Source: Moniliella sp. 'wahieum' (Eukaryota). From it: DNA of 64,000 bases. The notes below the pieces were generated by a model. It searched no databases. It was not told the DNA's origin and saw nothing but the letters and a program-made list of their open reading frames with translations. Location: positions 558,001-622,000 of the forward strand of contig RSEE01000010.1 in assembly GCA_003971905.1 (NCBI GenBank). The letters are read 5' to 3'. The translations under genes and the position numbers were made by a program. Of this stretch, positions 52,661-64,000 are shown in pieces. Positions within the stretch are counted from its first letter, which is position 1. Each line of letters opens with the position of its first letter.

Positions 52661-52915
52661 GGTGGGGATGGATGGGGGCAGGAAGGGATGGGTGGGTGGT
52701 TAGAGAGAGGGTGCCGGCTGGCAACTTGAGGGGAGATGAGATGCAAGGCTGCTGGGTCGCTGCTTTTAAACGGCGCTGCTGCTTGGCGATGACATGACAT
52801 GTGGCATGCGACCTGTGATGGTGTGGCCCGTGCTCCGTGTCTGACGCACGGCGCACACACACTGGGCCAGTGCGGGGCGCAGGCGAGCGGGCCAGGGTGT
52901 GCTGGAGCGGGTTGG

Positions 52916-52995
52916 TTCGAGGTGCTTCGGGATGCTTCGTGCGGCTTCGCGGCTTCGTGCGGCTTCGTGCGCTTCGTGCTGCTTCTGGTTGTTTC
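52916..52995. promoter_or_regulatory. Stepped heat-shock-element-like array upstream of HSP104
   Basis: TTC at 52916/926/936/946, 52954/964 and 52973/983/993 (10-bp phasing), ~260-330 bp upstream of the HSP104 ATG; TATA-like TTTAAA near 52765. Confidence 0.6.
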
Positions 52996-53658
52996 CCACT
53001 GCTGGCTCGGCTATCTTCGAGCCCAATCCACCAGCATCGACCCTCTTCTCCCGACCTCCCTGAGATCTTCCCCCAAGTCGAACCATTTCCCTAGCGCCTC
53101 AGCCTCAGCTCCGTACCTCGTTCGACCAGACACGCGGCTTGAGCGCGTCAGCGAGTAGTGCTCACAGAGCGCTGAGGCCCAGCTTTGAGGCTCAGATGAG
53201 CTCTTGGCGCAATGCAGAGTTCAGTCGTCACGCGTCACGCGTCACTAGTTCGCATGCCTTCCCCCGCACTCCCTATCTGGGCATCTGACCTGCCCCTTGT
53301 AGGACCCAACGCAATTGGCGTCACGCAGACTGTCTCTCCCGGGACAAGTATTGACATGCAGAATGACATTTCCTCACCCTCCTCTAGCACTCCGGACAAC
53401 CATCTCCTCACTTCGGCGACTTCAAGCTTCAAGCTTCACGGGCCACCTATGGTCACGTGAATGTAGGGTGTGGCGGCAGCCCCTGATGCAAGCTCCTCGG
53501 GTTCCTCTGCCACAGCACATAGCACTTCTTCATACCCGCCCCCCACCTCTCATCTTACCGACTCAAAGACCATTCACACACTCTCGTCCCTCCCTCAACA
53601 TGCCAAAATCAAATGGCGAGTGGGCGCAAACGATAGGCATCGCATCCAGGAGTTTTTT

Positions 53659-55231
53659 TTACTTGCCAGTCTCATCTTGCACTTCTGTCGAAGAAAAGTT
53701 CAGGATCCCGCCCTCATCCAGCTTCTGTACCGTTTCTTCCGCCTGCGCGAGCGGCATGCGGCCAAGGCAGCCATTAACCTTGTCCAGCTCCTCCGTCTTG
53801 AGCGCTTCTTGAAAGTCAGGTGGGAAGGAAGAGAAGATGTCCCACTGCCGCTGCAGCATTTCCCGTACCATCTCGGGCGTGACCCCCTCGAAGCCTTCAC
53901 TGGCCAGCTCCAACTTCTCGGGTGGTGGCCCCTCGGGGATGTTAAAGCCAATCTTGACATTCGGGTCCTCGGCGACCAACTGGATTTGCTCCTCGCCTTC
54001 TCGCCTTCCTCGGCCGCCTCGGCCGCCAGCTTAGCTGCGCTCCCGCGAATGCGAACGTACGTGTTCAGCACATCGTTCAAGAAAAAGACGGCAGCCTGAC
54101 CATGAGTCTGGGTCATGCGCTGGAAAAAGAGACGGACACCGTCGGGGCCAAGCTTGGCGCAAAACTGCAGGAGCACTGCTTTTTCCACCACCTTGCGTGC
54201 CTGGGCATCCTTGCCCTGTTGTTGAGTCTGCAACGCCGTCAGCAACAGACTGCCCACTGCACGGGACAATTGACTCTTGACCAGGCGCGGGTGGGCCTTG
54301 AGAAAGTCATAGGCCTTATCAAACGCATCCATATTTATTGTTTTGAGGGAGAAGTTGGCTGGCAGCACGGACGTCTCCAGAGGCAGACTGGGCGGGATGG
54401 ACGAAGGCAGCTGTGTGAACTCGATCATCTCGGGCGTCGCGGAATGAATCGCCTCTTCCTCTTCCTCCTCCTTCCCCGCACTGGAGCTCGCGCCTGCGGT
54501 CTCAGTTTGTACGCCGGGCGAGTTGAGCGTCTCGATTGTTGTTGTTGTTGCGGGCGCCTTGGACTTCAGCGCAGCCTTGGCGGCTTGAGCATCTGCCTCT
54601 TCCTTCTCCTTGGAAACAAACTGCGAGAACATGGGGTCAGAAGGGTCATCGACAGAATAATCAGAAAGTACATACGCCCGTGTTGAACGCATCGTGAATG
54701 TTTTCACTTGTGATCTTCTTCTTGTCCTCCTCGTCCATTTCAGCGATCTCAGCAAGGACCTCTTGGTCGCGCTGCTCGAGGCGATCGCGGTGGTAGGTGA
54801 GGCTTGAAACAAGGGCCTCGTCCAGTTCAGCACCCTGCTTGCCCTTGACCGAGTCGGCCGTTTGAATCTGGAGCAGGAGGGAGAGGATCATATCGTCGTT
54901 GGTTGGGTTATTGTTGTCCACCTCACCCTCGCTGCGCGCGCGTCACGTCGGCGGAAAGCTGGGCAACACGACGGGCAAAGAATTTGTGGCCCATGTCAGC
55001 GTCGGTGGATGCCGTCTTGCTCTTGAGGTCGTCGAGCACAGGCAGCAGTTGCTGCGACATGAGATGCTCGGCCTGCAGCGCATCGTGCGTGGCCTTGCGC
55101 GCGGCGCGCTTCTCGTGGATGTCGCGCTGCTTCCACCGAATGAAGGAGCGCTTGTCGACGTTGGGGTGGACCTCCACGTCGCTATCGTCGGAAAGTTCGA
55201 GGTTGTCCCACTTGGAGTAGTTGAGCGGCAT
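53659..55231 (-). CDS. CDC37: Hsp90 kinase co-chaperone Cdc37; intron 54621-54675; indels
   Basis: MPLNYSKWDNLELSDDSDVEVHPNVDKRSFIRWKQRDIHEKR; LLQFCAKLGPDGVRLFFQRM; WDIFSSFPPDFQEALKTEELDKVN. Confidence 0.96.
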
Positions 55232-55675
55232 GGCAGCAGATGGTGGAGCACTGTGGCAATCTCGCGCTCGCTGCCCCACTCGTGCGTTGTCAGTCGGCGC
55301 CCCAAACGGCTGTCTCGACAGGGCTTCCGCCGTGTTCGGGGTGGATTAGGTAATTTACTCCACCGGCCATGAGCGAAATCTGCGACATTTTGTTCCGATC
55401 GCCGGGCATGTCGAGGTGGATGATCGATGATCGCTGCGGATCGGTGATCCGTGCCGGGCTGCTGCGATGACGTCAGGCACAGGCACAGGCAGCGCCGTAT
55501 TCGTGTTCGGTGTGCGCGCACAAGCTCCTGGAGCGCCGCGGATCAACGTTGCGATCAACCCCTGCTCCGTCCCCAGTCCCCGCGCCGCGGCCGATCCCGC
55601 CGCGCGCTCGTCGTCGCCGTCCATCTCCTTCTACCACCCCCCCTCGACGCTGAGCCCACCCGTTGGTCGGCCGTC

Positions 55676-56890
55676 ATGCCGTCCCACTCGACCACCTCCG
55701 AGCGCTCATGCGCCCCCTTGTCCAAGTCCTCGTCCTCACGCCCATGTCGGTGCTGAGCACAGTGGTGGCGGTGCTGTGCGGCGCGCTGCTGGTGCGCCCT
55801 AGCGCCGATGTGCGTCTGGCCCGCCATTGGACCTATCTATCCCCCTCCGAGTCGGGCATCATCGGGCTTGGTATCAGCCTGCTAACCACTGCGCTCTTTT
55901 TCAGCCTGTTTGCCTTGGCCACCGCCGGCTCCGTCCGCTCTGGTCGGGCGCGCGAGGAGGTGGCGCGTGCGATTGGGCTGATGCCCGCGTTGGGCTACGC
56001 GTCCGTTGGCGCCGCCTCCCTTTCTGGTCGTTGGGCGTGGCGGGCGAACCATGCTAGCCAAGGCGTGCTCGGATTTGCTGCAACCGTGTCGTGGGTATCG
56101 GCTGTATTGCTGCTGTTGGGCGTGGTGCGCACGTACTTTATCCATGCCCACTCGGGCACGGGCGGCATAACGCATGCCCCGCTCCGGCCCTTTTTTGCTG
56201 CCACCCGGTGGAATGGGCATGTGTGCACCTTCCCTTGCGTGTACTGCTCGCTGTGCATGCCCATGCGTTGGCCCCAGCGCTGACGCTCATTGCCACGGGG
56301 CACGACGCCTTATCGGGCAACAAGGCGCTGGAGGCTGGGACGAACCTGGCCAACGCGTTGGCGCTCGGGCCAGCCATCGTCGCTGGCATCTGGGTGTTCG
56401 CAACGCAAGATGTTGCCTATGCTACGACGGCCACCACGATCTACATCAACATCCTCAAGTCGCGCTACGACCCGGACAAGGCCCGTTCCATCAATGGCCG
56501 CCCCATCCCGCCTTTTGATCCGGGCTACCCGCCCCCCTAGGGGTACAAGATGTGCGACGCGCTCCACTCGAGGCCGAACGTCCACCCAGCGTTGCATTTG
56601 CTCTGATTGGTGCAATCATCATCATCCTCACCTGCATTGCAGGCAGCTTTGTTGGTGGTGACCTTGTTCGCGGCGCGTGTGGCCCCACGCGCGGTGCTGC
56701 GCCTCCTCCATCTGCCCCTCCGGGCTCCCATGTCCACACCATTATCCACTCCGGTGATGCCGACGCCTGCGTCGACGATCCAGAGCGGCAGCCTTTGCTC
56801 CCCGACACTACCCCGCCGCCGCCTCACCACGGCGCGGTGGAGGAGGCAGGACCCAAGTCGAAGGCGACTCCGCACCTGCGGCCTAGATAA
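55676..56890 (+). CDS. Hypothetical multi-pass membrane protein; indels
   Basis: Consecutive overlapping + strand ORFs give about 8 hydrophobic helices and a C-terminal DPERQPLL dileucine-like motif. Family not recognised. Confidence 0.6.
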
Positions 56891-58009
56891 CCAGATTGAA
56901 ACACCTTTGTCTCTCTGCTCTGTTCTGCCCTCCCTTTGCTATGAACGGACTCTGCACCCCATCTACCCCTTCCGTACGGGATACCAGTGACGGGGCATAG
57001 CGTACAGACAACTGGTGGATAGGGGCCTCTCGTAAGGGTAGGCATAGACGCACTGCGGCATGATGAGCGCCGATGTTGATAGAGAACGGGTTTATCGCCG
57101 AAACATCATGCACTGCAGCATCACGTAGGGAGGGGCCGCAACCAAGGGTACCAGATGCCGACTGCGGCGTTTACCGTCAGCTGGGCGCTCATGCAGCTCA
57201 CGCATCATCCCAGTGCTGAATGGGACAGTGCGGCGAACAGAGCGGGATTCTGCCAATGTAGCTGGGTGGCATCCTCAGTCAATGCTTTGCCACCTCTGAA
57301 GAAGGATGGTCTGGCCCTCAACGCGCCTGGGAAATGGCGGGTTCGGCGAACAGCGGCATATATATAACACCCCTACGGCTTCACTTTTGTCCTTGCAGAT
57401 GCCCCCGGAAGTCCTGGGTAGCAATGTCATGAGGATGCTGATTCTTTGGCTAATGCGGCGTGAGGAAGACACGGGGAACACATTGGGGTGGCGTGTGGGC
57501 ATGGAGAGGCGTGACAGCCAAGTCGGGGCGGGTGGGGATGGAACACGCAAGCCATCTAGGAGCCCGAAGGGGTGGGGTCATTATGAGGAGGGAGGGGGGC
57601 ACGGTCTACCCAGTAGCCTACCTCAACCAGCTGGGCATTTAAGAGATTGGGAGGCATAACAAAAGAACTTGCAATGGGCATGCAAGTAGAGAGGATGCTG
57701 GGAACTCTTCACGAGGCCAATGGTCTTCGACCGTACGGCTTGGCCCTCAAAGGGCGAAAACGAAGGGTGGGTGGCAGAGACTATTGGAAGAGAATGTAGA
57801 GCCTGAGACACGCACGTGCAAGTGACGGGACATGGTAGGCAAAGCCAAGATCACGAGACCACTCCTGAAGGCGATGCCAGAAAAACGGGAGCGTAACACC
57901 ACCCAAGGCCGTCAAAGAGCGGGTGGCTCATGAGAAAGAAGGTGAAAGGGTTGGAAGGTAGTGTGATATGGGTGGTAGTGGCAGAGCGGAAAAGAAGGTT
58001 ACGGCGGCC

Positions 58010-59836
58010 TTAGCTCTCACTCATCTGACTCTTCCATTGCGACTCGACAAAGGTGGTGCTCAAAGGTTCGTCGGAGGGTACCTCCCCCTTATGTCGGCAT
58101 GCCTCGGCGGCCAGACGCCGGTGGATGGCGGCGAGCTTCGCGCGATCGTCTTGTCCCGTTCGGTCATTGAAGACACGATCCATATCCTCCAGCCGGACCC
58201 CCTTGGTTTCTGGAAGGCAGAAGATGATCCAAGGGATGGAGACGGCTGCGAAACAGGCATAAAAGACAAATGCACCATACCCGTCTTGTTGACCAACTCG
58301 GGGGTGATGATCCCCACGACCCAGTTCCACCACCAATTGCTGATCACCGCGTAGGCCACCCCTTGGACCGAAGCGACTGGGGGAACAGTTCGCTCGGCAT
58401 GGCCCACCCAATCGGGCCCCAAGACATGCCGTACATGACCATATACACAATCAGCATTGCGACACCGACCCAGCCGGCAGCGCGATGCTCAGGCCAGCTG
58501 TGCTGGTAAAGCCCCGTCAACACGCCACAACCACCAGCGAGGCGGTCGTCCAAGCCGACCCCCACAGCAACAACGGTTTGCGACCCACATGGTCCATCAA
58601 GAAGAGAGAGATGATGACGCCGACCCACTGGCAATGTTGGTCACACCACTCACTCCAGCTGAAGATTGTAAGCATCCCAATTGCTGAAAGAGCGAAGGAG
58701 CATAGTAAATCAGACTGTTGATACCAATCATCTGTTGGAAGAACATGATGATGATACCGATCCACGTGCGCTTGGCGCACCCACCGGAAACAGTCGATCC
58801 AGGCAGCCACCTCAATTTTCAGCTGACGGTGACGTACGTCGGGCTTGTACAAGTTCGGGTGCCGTTCGCGACTGGTCTGTTCCTGCAGCTCGACTTGGGC
58901 AATAATTTCGAGCAATTCGGCCTGGACGCGGATATCCTCAGTACTCCGGTTGCGCAGCTTGGCCACGGTGAGCAGGGCTTGGTGGTGCGCGTCGGGCCCA
59001 CCCTTTTGGACCCACCAGCGGGGAGAGTCGGGCAGCAGAAAGCTGAGCCCCATGAGCAGGATGCCGGGGACCATCTGCACCAAGAGCGGCAAGCGGAAGG
59101 ACCAGTCGGAATCGATGTAGCGTGTGCCAAAGGTAAACCAGTATGCCACCACGATGCCGCCGACAATTGAGAACTCTTCCGAAGCCAACACACAAAGCCG
59201 CGAATCGACGTTGGGGCAATCTCGGCCATGTAGAGGGGTGCGGTCATGGACAGAACACCAATCCCAATGCCGCCAACGAAGCGGCCAACGACAACTGGGC
59301 ATAGTCGTACGAGCTGCACTGGAGAATGGCGCCAATGGTGAACCAGACGACACCCTGCTGGATGGAACGTCGACGACCCAGCCTGTCCGCTACATAGCCG
59401 GCGATGATCGCACCAATGACGGCACCCAGCTCGAGGAGGGCAGTGACGATGCCCTTGTAGAGACCGGCACTGTGGTGGCCAGGAGCGACCTTGGGGAACT
59501 GAGCGAGGAAGTGGTCCATGGTAAGAGTGACACTCATGATACCCTGGTCGACACCAAAGAGGAAGCCCGAGAGGAGGCAAAAAAGGCACAGGCGAGGACA
59601 AATTTGTTCTCCATAAGCGAGAAGCGACTTTCGGTGTCTCCCCGGGTGAGAAGGGCGAGAACGTCGGACGCGGAGCTTTCATGGTCGCGCGACTCAAAGA
59701 CGGGCTCACGGACATGCTTCTCGTCGAACGCAGAGGCGGAAGAGGGGGGCTGGACGCCGGTAATATCGACGTCGGAGATGGGGGTCTTGGCCTCGCCGGC
59801 CACGGCCGTGGGCTCGGGAGAGAGGTGGTCGGCCAT
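58010..59836 (-). CDS. MFS sugar porter family transporter; many indels
   Basis: TALLELGAVIGAIIAGYVADRLGRR; GRFVGGIGIGVLSMTAPLYMAEIAP..IRG; PDSPRW; FFQQMIGINSLIYYAP; GRKPLLL; SWGPIGWAMPSELFP; PETKGVRLEDMDRVF. Confidence 0.93.
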
Positions 59837-61626
59837 GGGGGGCGGGGGCTGCAGGGGAGCAAGGTGGGGGAGGCGAGCAGGACAAGCAAGGGGAGGAGGC
59901 TGGAGAAAGAAGGTGTGGTAGAGAAGGAAGCGGGCGTGGCTACCGACGCGGCCTGCCGCTGGCGGCTGCTGCTGCTAAGGCCAGTCGGGCGAGCCTTATC
60001 ACAACACCAGCGCCATGCGGCCCCCCGATCGCCCCGACCAGCAGCCGAAGGGTTACGTAGCAGCCGCTGGACACTGCGCTCCCGCCCGCGGCCACGCCTG
60101 ACTCAAGCAAGGCGTCGAAGACTGGGGTGCCCTGGGCAGGCACCAGGGGCAGCCGATCCTCTCAGCAGCGCGCCAGTTGAAGCCAGACCCACCGCCCCTG
60201 CGCGGGGCAGGCCAGCAGGGGCCACACTAGTGGGGTGCTACCTCGGAAGCTGGCGCATCTCATGTCTGACGTGTGCCGCGTGCCGCGTGACGCGTGACGC
60301 CTGACGCCTGGCGCGCCGACGCGCTTTTGCACCGAGGGTGGGCCCCAGAGAAAAAAGGCTCCGCTCTTGCTCTATCTCCGCGAGGTTGCACTGGACCTCG
60401 GGACGACGTTCAAGGACCGGACCGGGCCCTGCCAACATATTCAACCACCTAGCCAGCAGAAGAAATGCCGCTTGTTCATCGAAACTATTCCCGCGTCCCA
60501 AACGTTTTCTTTTCTGCCGCATTTGAGGCGTTGAGCGAGAGCGCTGAGGCGCCGAGATCTGAGACCGGGTGTGCCAAGATTTTTGCCGCTTCGATCTCAC
60601 AGTGCACTTTCAATAATACTTGGTCCAATCGCCCGGCCGTGATAACATTTTGACCACCTTCTCTCCAATATCAACGACCATCACTAAGTACTAAGTACTA
60701 AGTACTAACATCACTAACATGAACACTCAGTTTAGCACACCCGTCTTTTTTCACGGACTGTCAGGATACCATTGCAAACCTTAATATTCTTGCGGGGCAT
60801 CTTGCTCGAGGCTCCGTTTCCAGCTCCGCCCTGCTCCCCCTCATTGTTTGTGCGCAGGCCCGTCCTGGGCTGGGCCAGCGTGCCACCAGGGCCACCCGTC
60901 CAGCAAGTTTGTGTTGGGCAAGGCAGTGTCACGTGACTAGTGACATGACGCACTTGGCCGTTGCGCGAACGGATTGTCCAATTTTCCAGCACTGCACCAT
61001 TTGTCATCGCGACTAGCAAGAGTTGCTCGCATGCTCGTGTGACGGCACATGTGAAGCTTGAAGCCGGCGGAATAGATCCACCAGCATGGGATCTGTGAAG
61101 GCGTCTGAAACCCTTCGGCCTCGGGTCTCATCGGCTGGTCATCGGTACGTCACCGCACGTCGGGCATGATGATGATGTTCTGAGATACTACAATCGTACT
61201 CCTTTGCCTTCTGGTGAAGTGCTGCGTGTTTGGCAACAGACGCCAGGATATCTGTTGTGTTTAACGTTGGGCGTGTTGAACGGATAGCTGAACGTTAACC
61301 CACACTTCACGAGCTTTGCCAGCAGCGCTGAGATTGGCTATCTCATGAGAAATAGTGGGTTGTGGCAAGTATGGGAGTCCGCATATTACATTTCGCCGTG
61401 CACACATGCCATTGTGGTGCCATCATACATTAAAGAGTCGTCCACCCCCCCCCCTCCAGCTGAGCGGTGAGGGTGGAAGTCAAGGAGGGGGCGAGACGGG
61501 GCACATCGGACATAGGATGGAGAAGGGAGGTTTATAGGGGAAAATCCAAGCAAAAATAACGCCAAACAGCGAGGCCTGACCGGTGACCGGGGCCTGAGCG
61601 AAATTCAACGTTCAACGTGTTCACGT

Positions 61627-64000
61627 TCATCGAGCGATCATCATGACTTGTCCGTACGCATCATCTTGTCGTTTGGTAGGCCTCGATCCAACCTCCAAAC
61701 AACTGAATACAGCCAGAACAGCAAAAGAAAAGAATAAAAGAAAACCCGCGGGGTCGCACCCACGGCAACAGAAATGATGCCAAGAGAGCACAAGGCCGAA
61801 AAAGAGGTGTGGCGAGAGGCGCCAGTGAACCAATAACTGGAGAGGGTGGGGGGGGGGAGTCCCACCTCTTATGGGTTGACGCGCAAAAAGTAGAGCAGCA
61901 TATAGAGCGTCGACCCCAAGAAGCGATGGCACTGGTCAGCCCCATAGCACAGTACCACCAGCATGTACACTCCTGGCCGCCCACCGCCGTTTTTGCCGCC
62001 GCCGGTATCGTCGCCAACAATGAGGGCCACAAGGGCGCCATTGCAGAGGATCCAGGCAAAGAGGAGGTTGGTACGAATGTTTTTGTAATTGTCCAGTTGG
62101 AGTTGGGTTGGGTCGGGGCGGGGGCAGGCACGGGCGGGTTGAGTTGCAAGTTGTGCACTGCCTCGGCATACAAACTGTCCACATCGCGCTGGGTCGACGG
62201 CAAGTCCACCCGTGCGATGGTTTGTCTTTGTTTGTCGTGGCCCGTGTCGTCTTGGCTCGTCGTAGGTCCGTGCCAGGCGCTTTGTTCTCCCCCTTGGTGC
62301 CCCACGAAAGGTCGTGCAGGTACAAAAGGCATACACTTGGAGAATATTGACATAGGTACCGGTCATGATCAGGTATTGGGGAAAACTGGTAATGAGGTGA
62401 AGCGGATCAAGGGCAATGATGCTGGCAACCACGTACACCCCCCACGTCAGCACCATAGCAGCAAGGGTTTGTCCGTACACGGACGAGGCGGAAATGTCCA
62501 AGACGCGCGCACAAAGCAGAAGACGCTGCTACCAACATGTATGTTGTCACTGCCAAAAGACATAAAAGAGGTCAATTGGTTTGGTCCACATGAAGAAAGA
62601 GGAAGGTAAATAGAAAACGTACAGACAGCAAAAATGGAAGCTGCCATTGTGTACTTCCATCGTGATGACTGGGGCCGATTCCCCAAAGAACAGACAAAAA
62701 CGAGGCCCAAGGTGGCAATGTAAACATATTTGGTGATGGTGTTGAACACGCCAATTCCATGTAACTTGAGCTTGGGTTCCTCCAGTGCCGTGGTGATGAT
62801 ACGGAAGAAGAGATAGAAGTTCCCGACTGACAGCCAGGAAACGATGAGGTCCAACACATGATACAAGTCCAGCACCAACAGCCAAAACTTGCGCAGCCAC
62901 GAGTGCCCGGAGCGACACATCTGCCCCACATGACTCAGGGCATACATACCCGCAAAGAAGGAACCGTTGAGCCAGCGTCGTCGTTGGGAGATGAACTCGG
63001 CCAACCCGCTCGGTACGTCGGTCCAAGCCCTGGCTGACTTGACGTACTGCAACCTCCAGGCTGCCCTCGCCTTGGCCACCAACTCAAAGCATAAGATCCG
63101 ATCCTCAGCCAAGTACATGTTGGAAGTAAACACGTCCGGATTGTTTCCCAGCGGGTTCTCCCCAAGAAAGTATGAGCCGAGCGGCCCGCGACCATACTCG
63201 TCGTTGAGCAACGCCTGGTATCGGTATGCGGAGAACGCACCGGCAAAACCGACACAAAGCCAAACAGGGACTCGGTCGTCTTGTCGAGAATGTTGGAGAC
63301 TTTGTACTCAAAATTTTGAGATGAAACGAGGGGGTTGAGCAAAGACCAACCTAAGCCCCATTTGCCCTTGGGATCCGCACAAATCTCTCCGCACGCACCG
63401 CCCACCGAGGCGTTCTTGTCGAATGCCCGCCAGAGGTGGTAGATCGACTTGGGTTCGGGCCGCGTACCAGCATCGACCAAGACACACACATTGGGGTTGA
63501 GCGTCGGACAAAACGCCTCAAAGAACCAGCGATGGGAATTGATCTTTTTCAGATTCCGTTCTTTGAGACAAAACAGAATCTGGATAGGTACCACGCCTTT
63601 CTCTGCTCCCGAAAGCGCAGCTTTGGGTTCAAACTCAACTGGGTCGAATACTCAAACAGATGTGCCTCGACCGGCTGGTCGTCCACGGCACCCTGGGCGA
63701 TCCCATCTTGGTACACGCCCATGGCGCAAGGCAGTCTAGCACACGAGGATGCACATGGGCTCGCCCATCTGCAATAATGGCAACCACAACTTTTTTCCAT
63801 CCGTCGGGACCCCAGATGGGGGAACGCTTGAGGGAGCAAAGGTGCATAATGTTCTTCATCACTCCATGGAGTGTGCGCGTGAAAACTGAGTGCGGGTTAG
63901 TGGGCCAAATAACAAAACCGGGGCACGGAGTAAAAGCAACGTACGGACTTCATTCTCGTTGTACAGAGTGAGACAGATGAACAGTTCGGTTGGTCGGTGC
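61627..64000 (-). CDS. Chitin synthase (division 1, class I/II-like), 3' part; runs off the right edge; stop approximate
   Basis: [100 protein letters not shown]. Confidence 0.95.

Noticed and set aside
52916..52995. CRISPR-like reading of the short repeat arrays (also 48422-48493)
   Set aside because: Eukaryotic context, units of 7-20 bp without unique spacers, and no cas genes.

Overview
GC-rich fungal chromosome segment, most likely a basidiomycete, with few short GT-AG introns carrying CTRAC/CTAAC branch sites. It holds about 21 protein-coding genes and one intron-containing tRNA-Asn. In order: MKT1-like (partial), tRNA-Asn(GTT), NDUFB4-like complex I subunit, PP1 (GLC7), PIN4-like RRM/R3H protein, delta-12 fatty acid desaturase, HNT1, Usp-domain protein, small YABBY/HMG-like protein, COX5, a very large formin, SMI1/KNR4, PTC5-type PP2C, Asi-like RING ligase, class I/II aminotransferase, amino-acid permease, TEM1/Spg1 GTPase, MRPL37 (mL54), HSP104, CDC37, an unknown membrane protein, a sugar porter and a chitin synthase (partial). 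Most CDSs, including essential ones, are broken by 1-nt indels, which points to an unpolished long-read assembly, so gene models are stitched across frames by eye and some boundaries are approximate. I found no novel protein-coding system. The least explained signals are non-coding: (1) recurrent intergenic 7-bp-period arrays of many different A....T palindromic hexamers, some switching core in phase; (2) two inverted ~120-bp units, each with its own ~17-bp terminal inverted repeats, flanking a TATA-containing ~540-bp segment at 39.7-40.5 kb; (3) a 10-bp-phased TTC array (stepped heat-shock-element-like) upstream of HSP104.
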